In this document: piece after piece, positions 14,801 through 26,600 of the stretch | Layout of the letters: each line of letters begins with the position of its first letter | Position numbering within the stretch: position 1 is the first letter of the stretch | Origin: Sphaeroforma arctica JP610 | Taxonomy: Eukaryota | NCBI RefSeq assembly: GCF_001186125.1 | Contig: NW_014040277.1 | Span: forward strand, 20,120 to 70,724 | Direction of reading: 5' to 3' | DNA length: 50,605 nucleotides | Notes under the pieces: model-generated | Told to the model about the DNA's origin: nothing | The model's input: only the letters and a program-made list of their open reading frames with translations | The model's database searches: none | Made by a program: the position numbers and the translations under genes

Positions 14801-15706
14801 CCGGGATGTGAGGGTTCGGCAGTATACATACTTGCTCTCTGCTTGGTCATCTTCTCGTACATCTACTTGCTCATCCCTTTCGTAAGTCTGCTGTGCAAAC
14901 GAGCGCTCTTTTGACTGTGACTTCACTTCCAGTTTGGTTCTACTGACTTGCGGGATGCCCCAATTATTATTATTTTTCTTCTGTAGTCTATAGCATCTCT
15001 CTTTTTATTTGGGAGTCTGCATGTGGGTAACATCGCTGGTGTTGGCATTTATGGTACACTTTGGAATGTTCATATTGCGGGACTTATTTGTTTTGAATTC
15101 AAACTCTCGATTGTCGATGGTCCAAGAAAATCTGATACTGATGCTTTCCATTTTCATAATTTCTCCCACAAACCATCAGATGCTCTGTTTGTCCCTGGTC
15201 TTCTGTTTACCTTTTGTGCTTCTAGCAATTCGACTCATGAAGAACAACAACGGAGTTTCCGATGGGGTATGTTTTTGGCTTGTCCATCGGTATACATGAG
15301 AAAGCTGAAAACGGTTATATCACTTGTCGATTGACATTACTAGAAAGATATACTGAAACCGACATTTTACGAATATTCAATGACCGAGAGTACATTACAT
15401 TTTACTACTGATGTTAGTTAGCAAGCTTATGTGTTGCTAACTATAGTGGCAATCTATATGTCTGCACAGGTCATCAAGAGAAAGACAGTTCGAACAAAGT
15501 TTAAGTACGGCATGTATGATAAAGCCGACGCAAGCTGCTGTATCTGTTTAAATGACTATGTCGACGGCGTCCGACTATCAACTCTGCCTTGCGATCATCA
15601 CTTCCATAGAAAATGTGTCGATGCCTGGCTGAGAATTAACCAGTCTTGTCCGCTGTGTAAGCGTTTGCTGATTGAAGTTGAGCCAAATACGGAGGTTGGG
15701 CCCTGA
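11880..15706 (+). CDS. Multi-pass membrane RING-H2 E3 ubiquitin ligase (RIE1/At4g11680-like architecture); 7 exons, ~353 aa
   Basis: Exons 11880-12122, 13542-13687, 14044-14168, 14305-14377, 14731-14881, 15180-15266, 15470-15706. GT-AG, phase-consistent (1062 nt). Hydrophobic segments: LEILMWAAQIVAVIVVLAL, CDTPLQVWCLVVG, LLVWFIVGNYWLF, ILALCLVIFSYIYLLIPFMLCLSLVFCLPFVL. C-terminal RING-H2: CCICLNDYVDGVRLSTLPCDHHFHRKCVDAWLRINQSCPLCK. The first two exons are less certain. Confidence 0.85.
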
Positions 15707-17298
15707 ACTGGAATCAGCAGAGAGCGAGTCACAGTTATGGGAGCTATAGATGGTTCGGGACAACCCACGACCGTTTAATTAACTGTCATCAAGCAAGGCC
15801 ATTTTTACTTTATGTCGAGAAATGTACAAACTTGGTGGATAGATTACAAAGGGGAAAGACAGAACCTAGTCTGTAAGTCGGTATAGATGAAAGTATCAAT
15901 CGCTCTCATACAGTGTATTGAAAAAATGTCTTAGTGGGTCGGGCCATCGCTGTTTCTAGTGGTCGTGACTTCAGCTTTCCACTATCTGGTGATATGATTG
16001 CGGGCCTAGCTTTGCATAGTTGCGGTCCTTGTCTGCATCAGCCGAGGCTCTTGCTTTAACGGGCGGGTTCAACCATGTTATCGATTGCAAGCCAGTCAGC
16101 AGGGAGTCACTAAGCGAGACTAGCTATGTCGGACTTCCCTTTATATGGACATCAAGCGGACGAGTTTGGCTACAGTGACAGCCCCCCCTTCTCCCCTTTT
16201 TTTTCAGTGAGGTTTCGTCAACAGCCAGGTCGTACCTGGGGATATCTATACCAGGTCGTTCACGAGTGAAGTCAAATGCTCGATGGTGAAGAAAATTGGT
16301 CTGTTTCACTCAAGTCTTGTATAAATAAATTCTCGAATCAAGCCAATAGTGGCATATACGGTCTCCTCACGGGCGACTGTGTGGACTATCAATTTACATT
16401 CTTCGTATCTGGATACCATCATTTAGATTTAGCGTGCCAACGTATGCCCCACATAAAATCAAGCCCACAATCATAATCTCGTGCAAATATAATCGACCAT
16501 GGCTATATACTGGAGAGAGACGACATGACTTGAAAATCAGGTGCGCCTATTTCTATTTCCTCCCTAAAATTTTTCTCAGAACCATCGGCCGAATTCTGTT
16601 ACCTTCTGCACAGCCTATAGCATCCTTGTATCAACTGATCGAAAAGAAGCATCTTCACAGATAATATGATTTATGTGAGAGCTGTTATAGTGATCCTGCA
16701 ACTCAAGAAGTAAGCCTACAAGTCGAGCGGAAATAACCACACAAGATCCCTGCGTCAAGAGTCTACAACTCGAATATGATCCTTCAGGCAATTAAAATTT
16801 AGAACAGTGCTTGACTGTACAGTCAAAATTACAGCACATCTCTAACTGTTCGTGATTCGTAAGTACTTCGTGCGGCAGTCAACTCTTTAATGTTGTAAAC
16901 AAAATAGAGAGTACGACATGCGACAATGAACACATCACGTCAAAGGGTTCCAAGCTTATTTTTTTCGGAATAATACAAAAAAAAGCCTATCTTCAGCGCA
17001 AATACAATCCCATTCTTCGATATACATTCCGCTAATTCTGTACTGCAATCAGAAAATTCGAAACCTGATATGTTTACCACTGCGAGTACTTCTCAGCCCG
17101 CGTTCGTCTCCAGTACAGTTTTAAGTTGACGGTAAAATTAGGTTTGTTTGTCGAGATCCGTGCAAAATCGTAGATATCTCCTCTCCGCTACAGTGGAAGC
17201 TGTAATTCTGATACTTATCCCAAGTTTATTAACAAAACATACAGCTTTTGAAAGATAGAAAACCAAGTGATAGGATTTCTACAGCATATACAACAATT

Positions 17299-17630
17299 TT
17301 GATTGTGTATGTGCAATGCTTTGTTCCAGCAATGTATTCATTTAGTTTCACATGTTCAGTATTGGTTTTGCAATTGCTGAGAGTCACGGCATACTACTAT
17401 GTACTAGCCGTTGAATGTGTATGTGCGAAGCTTTGTTCCAACAAGGTATCCATTCAATTTCACATGTTCAGTATTCACATCGATGGGTTATATAGTTTTG
17501 TAATTGCTGAGAGTCACGGCATATCACCCGTTGATTGTGTATGTGCGAAACTTTATTCCAACAAGGTATCCGTTTAGTTTCACATCGATGGGTTGTATGG
17601 GTTTGTAATTGCTGAGAGTCACGGTATACC
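17299..17630. repeat. Three imperfect tandem copies of a ~100-120 bp unit (intergenic)
   Basis: The blocks tgtgtatgtgc-a(a)ctt(t)gttcc, tttcacat and aattgctgagagtcacgg recur at about 17305, 17417 and 17536. Confidence 0.85.
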
Positions 17631-19427
17631 ACTAAATACCGCCCGCACTTCAAACTACATATGTTGTTGATGGCGGTACAACGGATTTATAGCACAAAAA
17701 TTGATTAAAAAAGCCACAAAAAACTGTCCACCATCATACAAAAACGAGATATGTGTTTTTGTCTATATGTAGTGGACACTCAATATGTTTGCAAAAACAC
17801 CTAGGTACATTTCGCTAACTAGGTTCACAAAATTACCCATAACATTATGTAACAGAGTTGGACAACACACTGTTAGGCCGCGTTTCTTTGTGCAGTTTGC
17901 AAATTTTCTTTGGCACACGACAGAGTTAACATAAAAAAGTGAAATCGATACAAGGCAATGTGATTTTGATGTCGGAATGGCTGTAGGGTTTAAAGCTATT
18001 TGTGCAGAAAGGATAAGAAAGCTAGCCACCATTCATAAAATACACCGTCGTTTCGTGTAACAAGCCCCGCATTTCAACAAAGTATTTAATATCGTGCTGA
18101 AACGAATATTTAAATTAAACATGTGACGTAAATCCCAAATAGATATTATATACATCGACTATTTCGTTCGAATGATGTTATTAAAACAATCTATCACGAC
18201 CGATGTTTAAATCAGGGTTGGGAGAATGTTCTCTGTACTCTAACAGTAAAAATTCGGCACACAGCATAAATAATCAACGCAATGTCAAACATATTATAAA
18301 CCAAAGGAAACCTATTGCTTCCAAAACATACTAAAATCCAGAGTCTATCAAACAGTGGCCAGCACGCTGTGATACAATACTTCCATCGTTTCCATTCGGT
18401 ACATTTACTTCCATTTAACCAAACGGCAGGTATTATGATTGACTGTTGCTAGCAAACAGTACATTGAGTTGCGCGACATAGCTTCTTTCATTACTGCTCC
18501 CCCTCCACGGGTAATGCGATATCTAAAAACCGATTTCATACCGAATATGATCAGGACACGCAATCCCACCGGGAAAATTTGAACAACATACATGTCCAAA
18601 GACTTGGTTCCTCACTGATTGGGAGAGCCATTACTGAACCTACACCTAACATTTGAGGCAGGTTTTATGCAGCCGACAACCATAGTTTGAAATCGCATTC
18701 TGCCAGATAACATCGACTAGCTCTACCGTTCACGTAACAATCACACACCGCACAACACTTCGATCTGAAACGTCAGAAAATCAACCACGGTAACTACCCA
18801 CACTAATAAATATCCCACGAGAACCATTTCGTACACCATATAGGTGTTGGAGCTATAACTGTAAATAACACTCTGACCCTTCACACCAACTGGTTCTTAC
18901 TGAGTTAGAGACTACTGCGGCGTGGGGTATAATACAGTCAAGCAGCCCGCAGCACTCACAACGATATGGTCTTCTCGAAAACTAGAAGCATAACGCCAAC
19001 TGTTGATGGATACACAAATATTACCACCCGATCCTTGTCAAAAACCAGCTTCAAGCAAATATCATGGATCAAGACTGAAAGCACCTCAACTACTAAACAA
19101 AGCACATTTGGAACATATCATTCACATAACTCGCATCTCCTTTTAAACATAGCACCAGTCAGCAGCGAGTAGGACATCACACAAACAACTCACGATCGGA
19201 TATATCGCATCAGATTCCGATGATATTCACAAAGTCACTACATAAATTTTGTTGGGGTTAACTATCAAACAGAGGCGTACAATACAAATTAAACACCCCG
19301 TTACAAGTATGCCACATTGATCGATAGAAACAAAGGTAACGTATCGAATTGCAAATTAAAAAAGCAATCCGAGTACATATCTGGAACTCGATGTTTATAA
19401 GGTTACCATTAGTCTCCCTGTGCTAAA

Positions 19428-21525
19428 TTAGGGGGAGGGCTTGAACTCGAAAGTAACATCCTTTCCTGTTAGGCGCTTATACACGGACGAGAAAGTATCC
19501 AGCTTGTACTCAACCTCCTTCTGATCCTTCATGTCAAGGTGTCTGCGATACGATTTGGATGCACGAGAAACAGTGTCAGTGAAACAGTTCTACACGCCGA
19601 GTTACTTAATACGGGTACAGCCACCACTTGATGCATACTACACACACCACATACATAAACAACAAAGATATCAATGTACTATATTACGAGGTACAAAACA
19701 TTGATGGACTCAGAAGGAACAATTTTGATCAACAGTAAAGTTCTGCTATCTCGTATTCATCATCATATACCATCTCTGTTGGATCATGGACACTAAACTT
19801 ATAATCAGAAACACAATCACCTTTTCCACTTTAACCACCTTAATGCAGCTCCGATGCTACACGAACTATCGCAGTTCACCGTCTCTTCTACCTTAACCTC
19901 AAACGACACAACAGCAATACGTACATGAAATCCATAAACTTCACTATGTAGCGAGAAAACTAACGCTGACCACAATCGTGCACAAAACTTACACTTTGAC
20001 AATCTTGGAGCCATCAGTCTTTACACGGGTGCGCTTGCCGACGATCTCAGTTGGGTAGACAAGATCCTCAAGAATGGCATCATGTACGTGTGTAAGGGTA
20101 CGCGAGCGGGGACGAGGCTGTGTGCAACGTGTCTTACGCGTCTCCTTCTTGAGAATACGACGCTGAGCCAAGACAATGACGTGCTTGCCACTGCATGAGA
20201 GGGGTGTGTATGTATATCGATATTTCCGTATATATGTTGGTCCTTGCGAATATTGGAAAGTAAGGACTGCATACTCTTGTGAAAGGTAAAACATACCTGC
20301 CGACAAAACTAATCAGCAATAAATGTACATCAGGACCTGCTGCACGATCCAATGTGTCACGGTCGTAAACGAACTACGAAAAAATCAACATGAATAACAT
20401 TATCATACCTGAACTTCTTCTCTAGCTCGCGAACAACGCGAACCTGGACACGGTGCATGGCCTGTAGTAGTGGTGGGGGCACGAAGACAACAATGGCCTT
20501 CTTTCCGGCACCTACATCAACCTCCTTGGCGGAGGTGATGTATACCTCACGAAGATCGACCTTTAGCTCCTGGACATTAGCCTCAAGATCTACTAGAGCC
20601 TACGTATACATTTTAAAGGAAGTTCATGACTATCAGTTAACGGTCACTCCAGAAATCTATACTGGGACGCAATCACAACGCGTTCACTTCCGTCCAACTG
20701 AATGTCAACAAACACTCCGAATTTACATATTCTTTGAGTGCGTGCAAATATAGCATTCAACTGGCACGCAAATATGCGCAAGCCTGCACTCGGTCCAATA
20801 TGCTTTTACAGGGTTACACAATTATACGTATACAGCACATTGGCACAGCATACAACACAAAAAATTAAATGCACACTCGCACATATAGATGCATATGTGT
20901 TTGTATATAAAACATAAATGTATATATTCATACGTACCTATATACACTCACTACGTACATATTTATATGTGTATATACATACGTGGCTATGTACACATAC
21001 ACATATATGCATATATATACATAGATACATGTACACATGAACAAAAATTGACATCTATTTTGTTCGTGTATTTTACCCGAAAGTACTGAATGCATGCTAA
21101 CTACGATGACAGACTGCCTGAAATTTATAACTGCATATGTATAACGAAGATGCTACTGTGCATCTTCGTACTATACACAAACACAAAAAAGTGCTTGCTT
21201 GCACCGACACCTTGCACTGCTATGCCTGTATATATTGTTCCATGGTTGTTGTTTGTTGATCATGTTGCCTAGGATGCCTAAGCTTACTACTTATTTGCTG
21301 AATTCGAATTTTTCGTGTCATAGTATGCCTAGCATATTTTGGGCTCGATGAATATCAGGTATTCAATAGGCATTCAATCATGATATTGCTTATGGCTATC
21401 TATGTATATCTATCGTTTCTCTCTCACTCAACTTTGTCTACACTGTCACGCATACGTACCGCAGCGATGGACTTCTCGAAGTCATCAGCTTCCTGGTGTG
21501 CAGGCTTCACTATCTTAGAAGTCAT
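19428..21525 (-). CDS. RPS7: 40S ribosomal protein eS7 (S7); 4 exons, 189 aa
   Basis: Exons 21525-21460, 20599-20409, 20190-19993, 19542-19428 (570 nt). Translation: [28 protein letters not shown]...[10 protein letters not shown]...[22 protein letters not shown]...[44 protein letters not shown]...[21 protein letters not shown]. Confidence 0.98.
19703..19774 (-). ncRNA. Intronic box C/D snoRNA in RPS7 intron 3 (probable guide for 18S rRNA Am541 yeast / Am590 human; snR41/SNORD62-like)
   Basis: The minus strand reads GATGG-tat-ATGATGA(C)-tgaatacgagatag-CAGA(D')-actttactg-TTGATCA(C')-aaattgttcctt-CTGA(D)-gt-CCATC. It has a perfect 5-bp terminal stem and lies sense to its ribosomal-protein host gene. 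The guide AATTGTTCCT is complementary to the 18S motif GAGGAACAATT. Confidence 0.8.
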
Positions 21526-22166
21526 GGTGAACGTAGAGTGTGAGAAAGGCTCGGCTACACGGTCTGGGTGACTATTTTGTGAAGTTATTGAAATATTTTA
21601 GAATTATTCCGAATATTACATCGCGTGAACGTGTGCATACCCAAATTTCGGCCAAAGTTTATTCGTGGTCGGTAGTGGACAATTAGTCGGGTTGGCGGGG
21701 CTGTCACTCACGTGTCGTTCTGGTATGACTGCCAAGTATTTATTTATCCCCAATGTCTGGTTACGAGGATGTCCGAAAAATATTTATGGTTGTCTCTAAA
21801 ATTCATTTTAACGGCCCCTTTGCCCTAAACGATCATTTTTTTCTAAGCTGATCAACCGGGTTTAATATAAAAAATAAACCTCTACACACTTCGAGAAAAA
21901 ACCTGTTATCAGCAGTGCAGTGCGGTACAACTGTGTTTAAAAAAAAATAGCATTAGGAAATTGTCATTTCAAACTCAACAATTCGTATACGACGACGACG
22001 ACACAAAAGAAAACACAAAAAGATAACAAATCAATTTTGACACACGAACATATTTGGAGAGTATAGGTCTACTAGCTAGCGTTGTACATATCACACAGTA
22101 TATGTGATTTATATAGTGACTGTGACATAACTATACACATATATAGGTAGATTCGGAAAGTAGGGT
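21526..22166. promoter_or_regulatory. Bidirectional promoter region between RPS7 and RPN1, with a TCT/TOP-like pyrimidine tract and a CACGTG E-box
   Basis: The two start codons diverge across 641 bp. Minus-strand CCTTTCTC lies at 21549-21542, just upstream of the RPS7 ATG. CACGTG lies at 21709-21714. Confidence 0.6.
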
Positions 22167-22815
22167 ATGATGACGGGAACAAGTGTTGACAAGAGTGTTG
22201 CGGAGGCAGAGAAGAAAGATAAGGATGTAGTAAGCGATAAGAAAGACGGGGCCAAGGGCAAGGAGAAGGTTGAAGAGGCTGATCTCAATGAAGAAGATCG
22301 CCTCCTTAAAGAAACCCTGGAATTGTGCATGGAGAAATTAAACGGTGATGATGCCAAGCAGTACAAAGAAGCTTTGAACAAGCTCAAAGATTCGATCCAA
22401 ACAGCAACATCCGGCATGACCTCTGTCCCTAAGCCTTTGAAGTTCTTAGAGCCACACTTCACAGCGATTAAAGCGGCGCACGAGAAGATCACAGATGAGA
22501 ATGACAAGAAATTAACTGCAGACATTGTGTCAGTGCTAGCCATGACAGCTACGGAATCGAAGGAAAAGGATTGTTTGAACTATAGATTATTGGGTATGCA
22601 GGGGTCACTGGCGGACTGGGGTCATGAGTATGTGCGCCACTTGACTACAGAAATTGGTGACTTACACAACGAGCAATTACTACTAGGAGAGGAGGAAGTC
22701 AATCAGGTATGTGCAAGATACAGATATCGAGGAACTTACGGCGGTATCGTTTATTTTTTGTTAATTATATATATATATTTATATACATATATATGTATAT
22801 GTATCTGTACTTATG

Positions 22816-22846
<31 letters not shown>

Positions 22847-22960
22847 GTATGTATGTATAAATACAGATACATATACATATATATGTATAATATATATATA
22901 TATATATATACTACATATATATGAATAAATGATATGTGTATGTATACATATCTATATTAC

Positions 22961-23005
<45 letters not shown>

Positions 23006-23641
23006 ACATACATAAATATATATGCATATATACATACATACATACATACATACATACATGTAGGAAAACAGACAAAAGTACATTGCATACAAAATGAGTA
23101 TATATATATAGATTAAAATTTAGATTTAGATTTAGATTTAGATTTATATACTTATCTATATAAAATATATACGTATATACATGTATATATATGTGAGTAT
23201 GTGCGTGTGTATGATATTTATTATTTATATATATATATATATATATAACCATATGCAGATACATATATATATATATATTTCTATATTTAGATTTAGATTA
23301 GATTTAGATTTAGATACTTATTTATATGAATATATATACGTATATATATGTATATGTGTATGTGTCCGTGTGTTTGGTATTTCTATTTTCTTATATATAT
23401 ATATATAAATTATAATATTTCGATTTATACATATTTATATATATACATATTTATATATTTATCTTTGTATAAATAGATTTGTATTTAGATTTAGATTTCT
23501 ATCTAGACTTACTTATTTATACGAATGTATATAGGTACATATGTATATATATGTGTGTGCGTGTGTATGATATATATATATATATATATATGTTACATAT
23601 CATTCTTTATATGTATATACATATATTCTAAATGTATAAAC

Positions 23642-23685
<44 letters not shown>

Positions 23686-26600
23686 ATAATAAATACATAC
23701 CATTCTTCATATGTATGTACACATATCTATAAATGTATAAACATATATACAAACATATTCATATATATATATATATATATATATATAGTAGTATATATAT
23801 ATAGTAGTATATATATATAATATATATTATTATATATATAGTATATATATATTATTATTATATATATATAGTATATATAATAATAATAATAGTATATTAT
23901 ATTAGTTAGTAGTTAGGTTGGTTTNNNNNNNNNNNNNNNNNNNNTATTATATGTATATTGTTTAGTTATATATATATAGATATGAATATACAAATAATAG
24001 ATATGTATATGTATGTGGTATTTTTTATTTATTATATACATGCATATATGTTTATTATTTATACTATATATATATATATATTATATTATATATATATATA
24101 TATATATATATTCTTTTTATGCATGTATGGATGCATGTGTTTTTATTCGTTCATCTCGTGATTAGAGAACACGTATAGTTCTATTGGTATCCGAGTGTAG
24201 AAGTTTATGCAAATACCACCGCACAGTGTAGATAAATACATTCCAGGAGGATGTACTTAATTGTCATCATTGGAATGTGTTTTTGTACTTTGGCGTTAAC
24301 GTATCTGTATTATGTATAATATATCTGATATATACACGTGTTTGTGTGGCACATGCAGGCAAATTCTTACATGCAGACTCGTATTCTGAATTCGTTTTGT
24401 AAAATTTGTGTGCGCGAGACCCGGGGACAGTCCTCAATTTGTCGGATTGTGGTTTGTTGATCTTGATTTATCTTCTTTGTTTCATTTGACGTATGGCTTC
24501 GTGTGTCACTGACATGAACCATCTCTCACTCTGTTCTTGCTAACAGGTCGAGAAAGACAAAATCTTGATCATGACCAAGGAAATCGTCCCATACTGTCTA
24601 AAACACAATGCCGAAGCTGAAGCCTGTGACTTAGTGATGGAGATTGAGTGTCTAGACTTATTAATAGAACACGTAGACAAGGATACTTATCAGCGTGTGT
24701 GCAATTACATCGTGTCATGTGTCCCGTACACCCCGGTGGAAGAGAGTGCCATACTCCTGCAGGCAGCTTTGGATCTGTACATGGCCCACGGCAAACAAGT
24801 GCACGCACTTCAGCTGGCTATTCGACTCAATAAGCCTGAAGTGATCAAATCTGGTATGCTTACGGAGCTCCATAGTTTCTTCTCGTCCTCATGTGTGCTT
24901 GTTTATATAAATGCTCGTCAGTATATGTATGCCTCACGAATTGTCTGAGTTGTGCCAGCGTGGTTATATTGATGTGCTGCGGCGCAACTCACTGGAGGCT
25001 GAAGTCGGTTAGAACATCACCTGTATCATCTGTAATCATTATCAATGTGACTACTAGTATATACTCAATCACATGCTTGATTGGGTCCTGGAATAGTGTT
25101 CGAGAAGATTGAGGATCCTGTGGTGAAGAAGCAGGCCTCATACATACTCGCGCGCCAGATGCTGCCGGCACAGTACGACGACGAGACGAGCGAGGAGTTG
25201 CTAGAGATTCTTGCCAATGCGCATCTCAACCAGAACTTCCTCGCTCTCGGTCGCGATTTGGACGTCATGGAGGCCAAGGTACGGGAAACTTTGACTTGCT
25301 ATGGTTTTATTGTGTCGAGGGTGTATGTGATACATGGACGTATATGTGATCGCGTGTAGGTATGTATTGTATGTGCTGGCCCTTTCGCCGGTGTGTATTT
25401 TTAGGGTTCTAATATGTGTTGTGTGAAAATATGATCTGGTACAGACACGGCATGCCAGGAGTACGCACGGGCCTCGCCTACCTTCCGTACACGTGCTCAC
25501 ATATTCTCTTAGTGAGGCTACTCATTTCGTATGTTGTGCTTTATACACCACACCACGTCACAAAGGCACATGTAATGCGCGCTTGCGAGTACGCCATGTG
25601 TAGTGTACGCGCATATGTGGAACCTGAAGGTCCTTTGTTTGCAGCTATTACATCCTTCCGTTTCTGAAGGGTGAGGATAGAGGCTAGTGAGTACCTCTAT
25701 GAACCCGTTTTTCGGTGAATTACACCCGAAGACAGTGGCATGTTGCTCGCGCGTTCAATCAATTGACTGTGATATCTCACTGCCCAACTAAGCTCAGCCA
25801 CTGTATACAGGGCGCCATTGTGAGTCAGACCGAGTGCAGTCCAGCGTCTTCTGTCCAAAGACTTCACAGCGCACAATCTTTCGGCGTGCATGTTAATTAT
25901 CGAAATGCTCTCACCTACATTTACCTACATTTACCTACACACGCAGGTGCCCGAGGACATATACAAGAGCCATCTCGAGCCCAGCCGTTCGACATTCGGC
26001 TCGTCCGTGGACTCTGCGCGACAGAACCTGGCGTCCACCTTCGTCAACGCCTTTGTGAACGCTGGCTTTGGCCAGGACAAACTCATGACCGTCGAGGGCA
26101 ACACGTGGCTGTACAAGAACAAAGAGCACGGTATGATGAGTGCCTCCGCGTCGCTGGGCATGGTGCTACTGTGGGACGTCGATGGAGGGCTCACGCAGAT
26201 CGACAAGTTCCTGTACTCCAACGACGACTATGTCAAGGCGGGGGCCTTGCTGGCGTGTGGGGTGGTCACGGCTGGGGTCAGGAACGAGTGCGACCCTGCA
26301 CTAGCGCTGCTGTCTGATTATGTTCTGCACTCCAGCAACATCATGCGCGTGGGGTCTATTATGGGTCTGGGCATCGCGTACGCCGGTTCGTCGCGGGAGG
26401 AGGTGACGGATCTGCTTATTCCAGTGCTGAGCGATGACAAGTCCAATATGGAGACCCTGGGCATGGCCTCCATTGCGCTGGGTATGACCTGTGTGGGCAC
26501 GGCCAACGCCGAGGTGGTCGAGGCGATCCTCACGTGTCTGATGAGTGAGAAGGTCACCTCCAACCAGAGCGACACGTACGTGCTCTTCATCGCCTTGGGA

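Noticed and set aside
21230..21285. U17/snR30-like m1/m2 cores (TCCTA...AACCAT..ACA) in RPS7 intron 1; considered because U17 is hosted by RPS7 in some vertebrates
   Set aside because: There is no hairpin between m1 and m2, no basal stem, and the m2-to-ACA spacing is too short.
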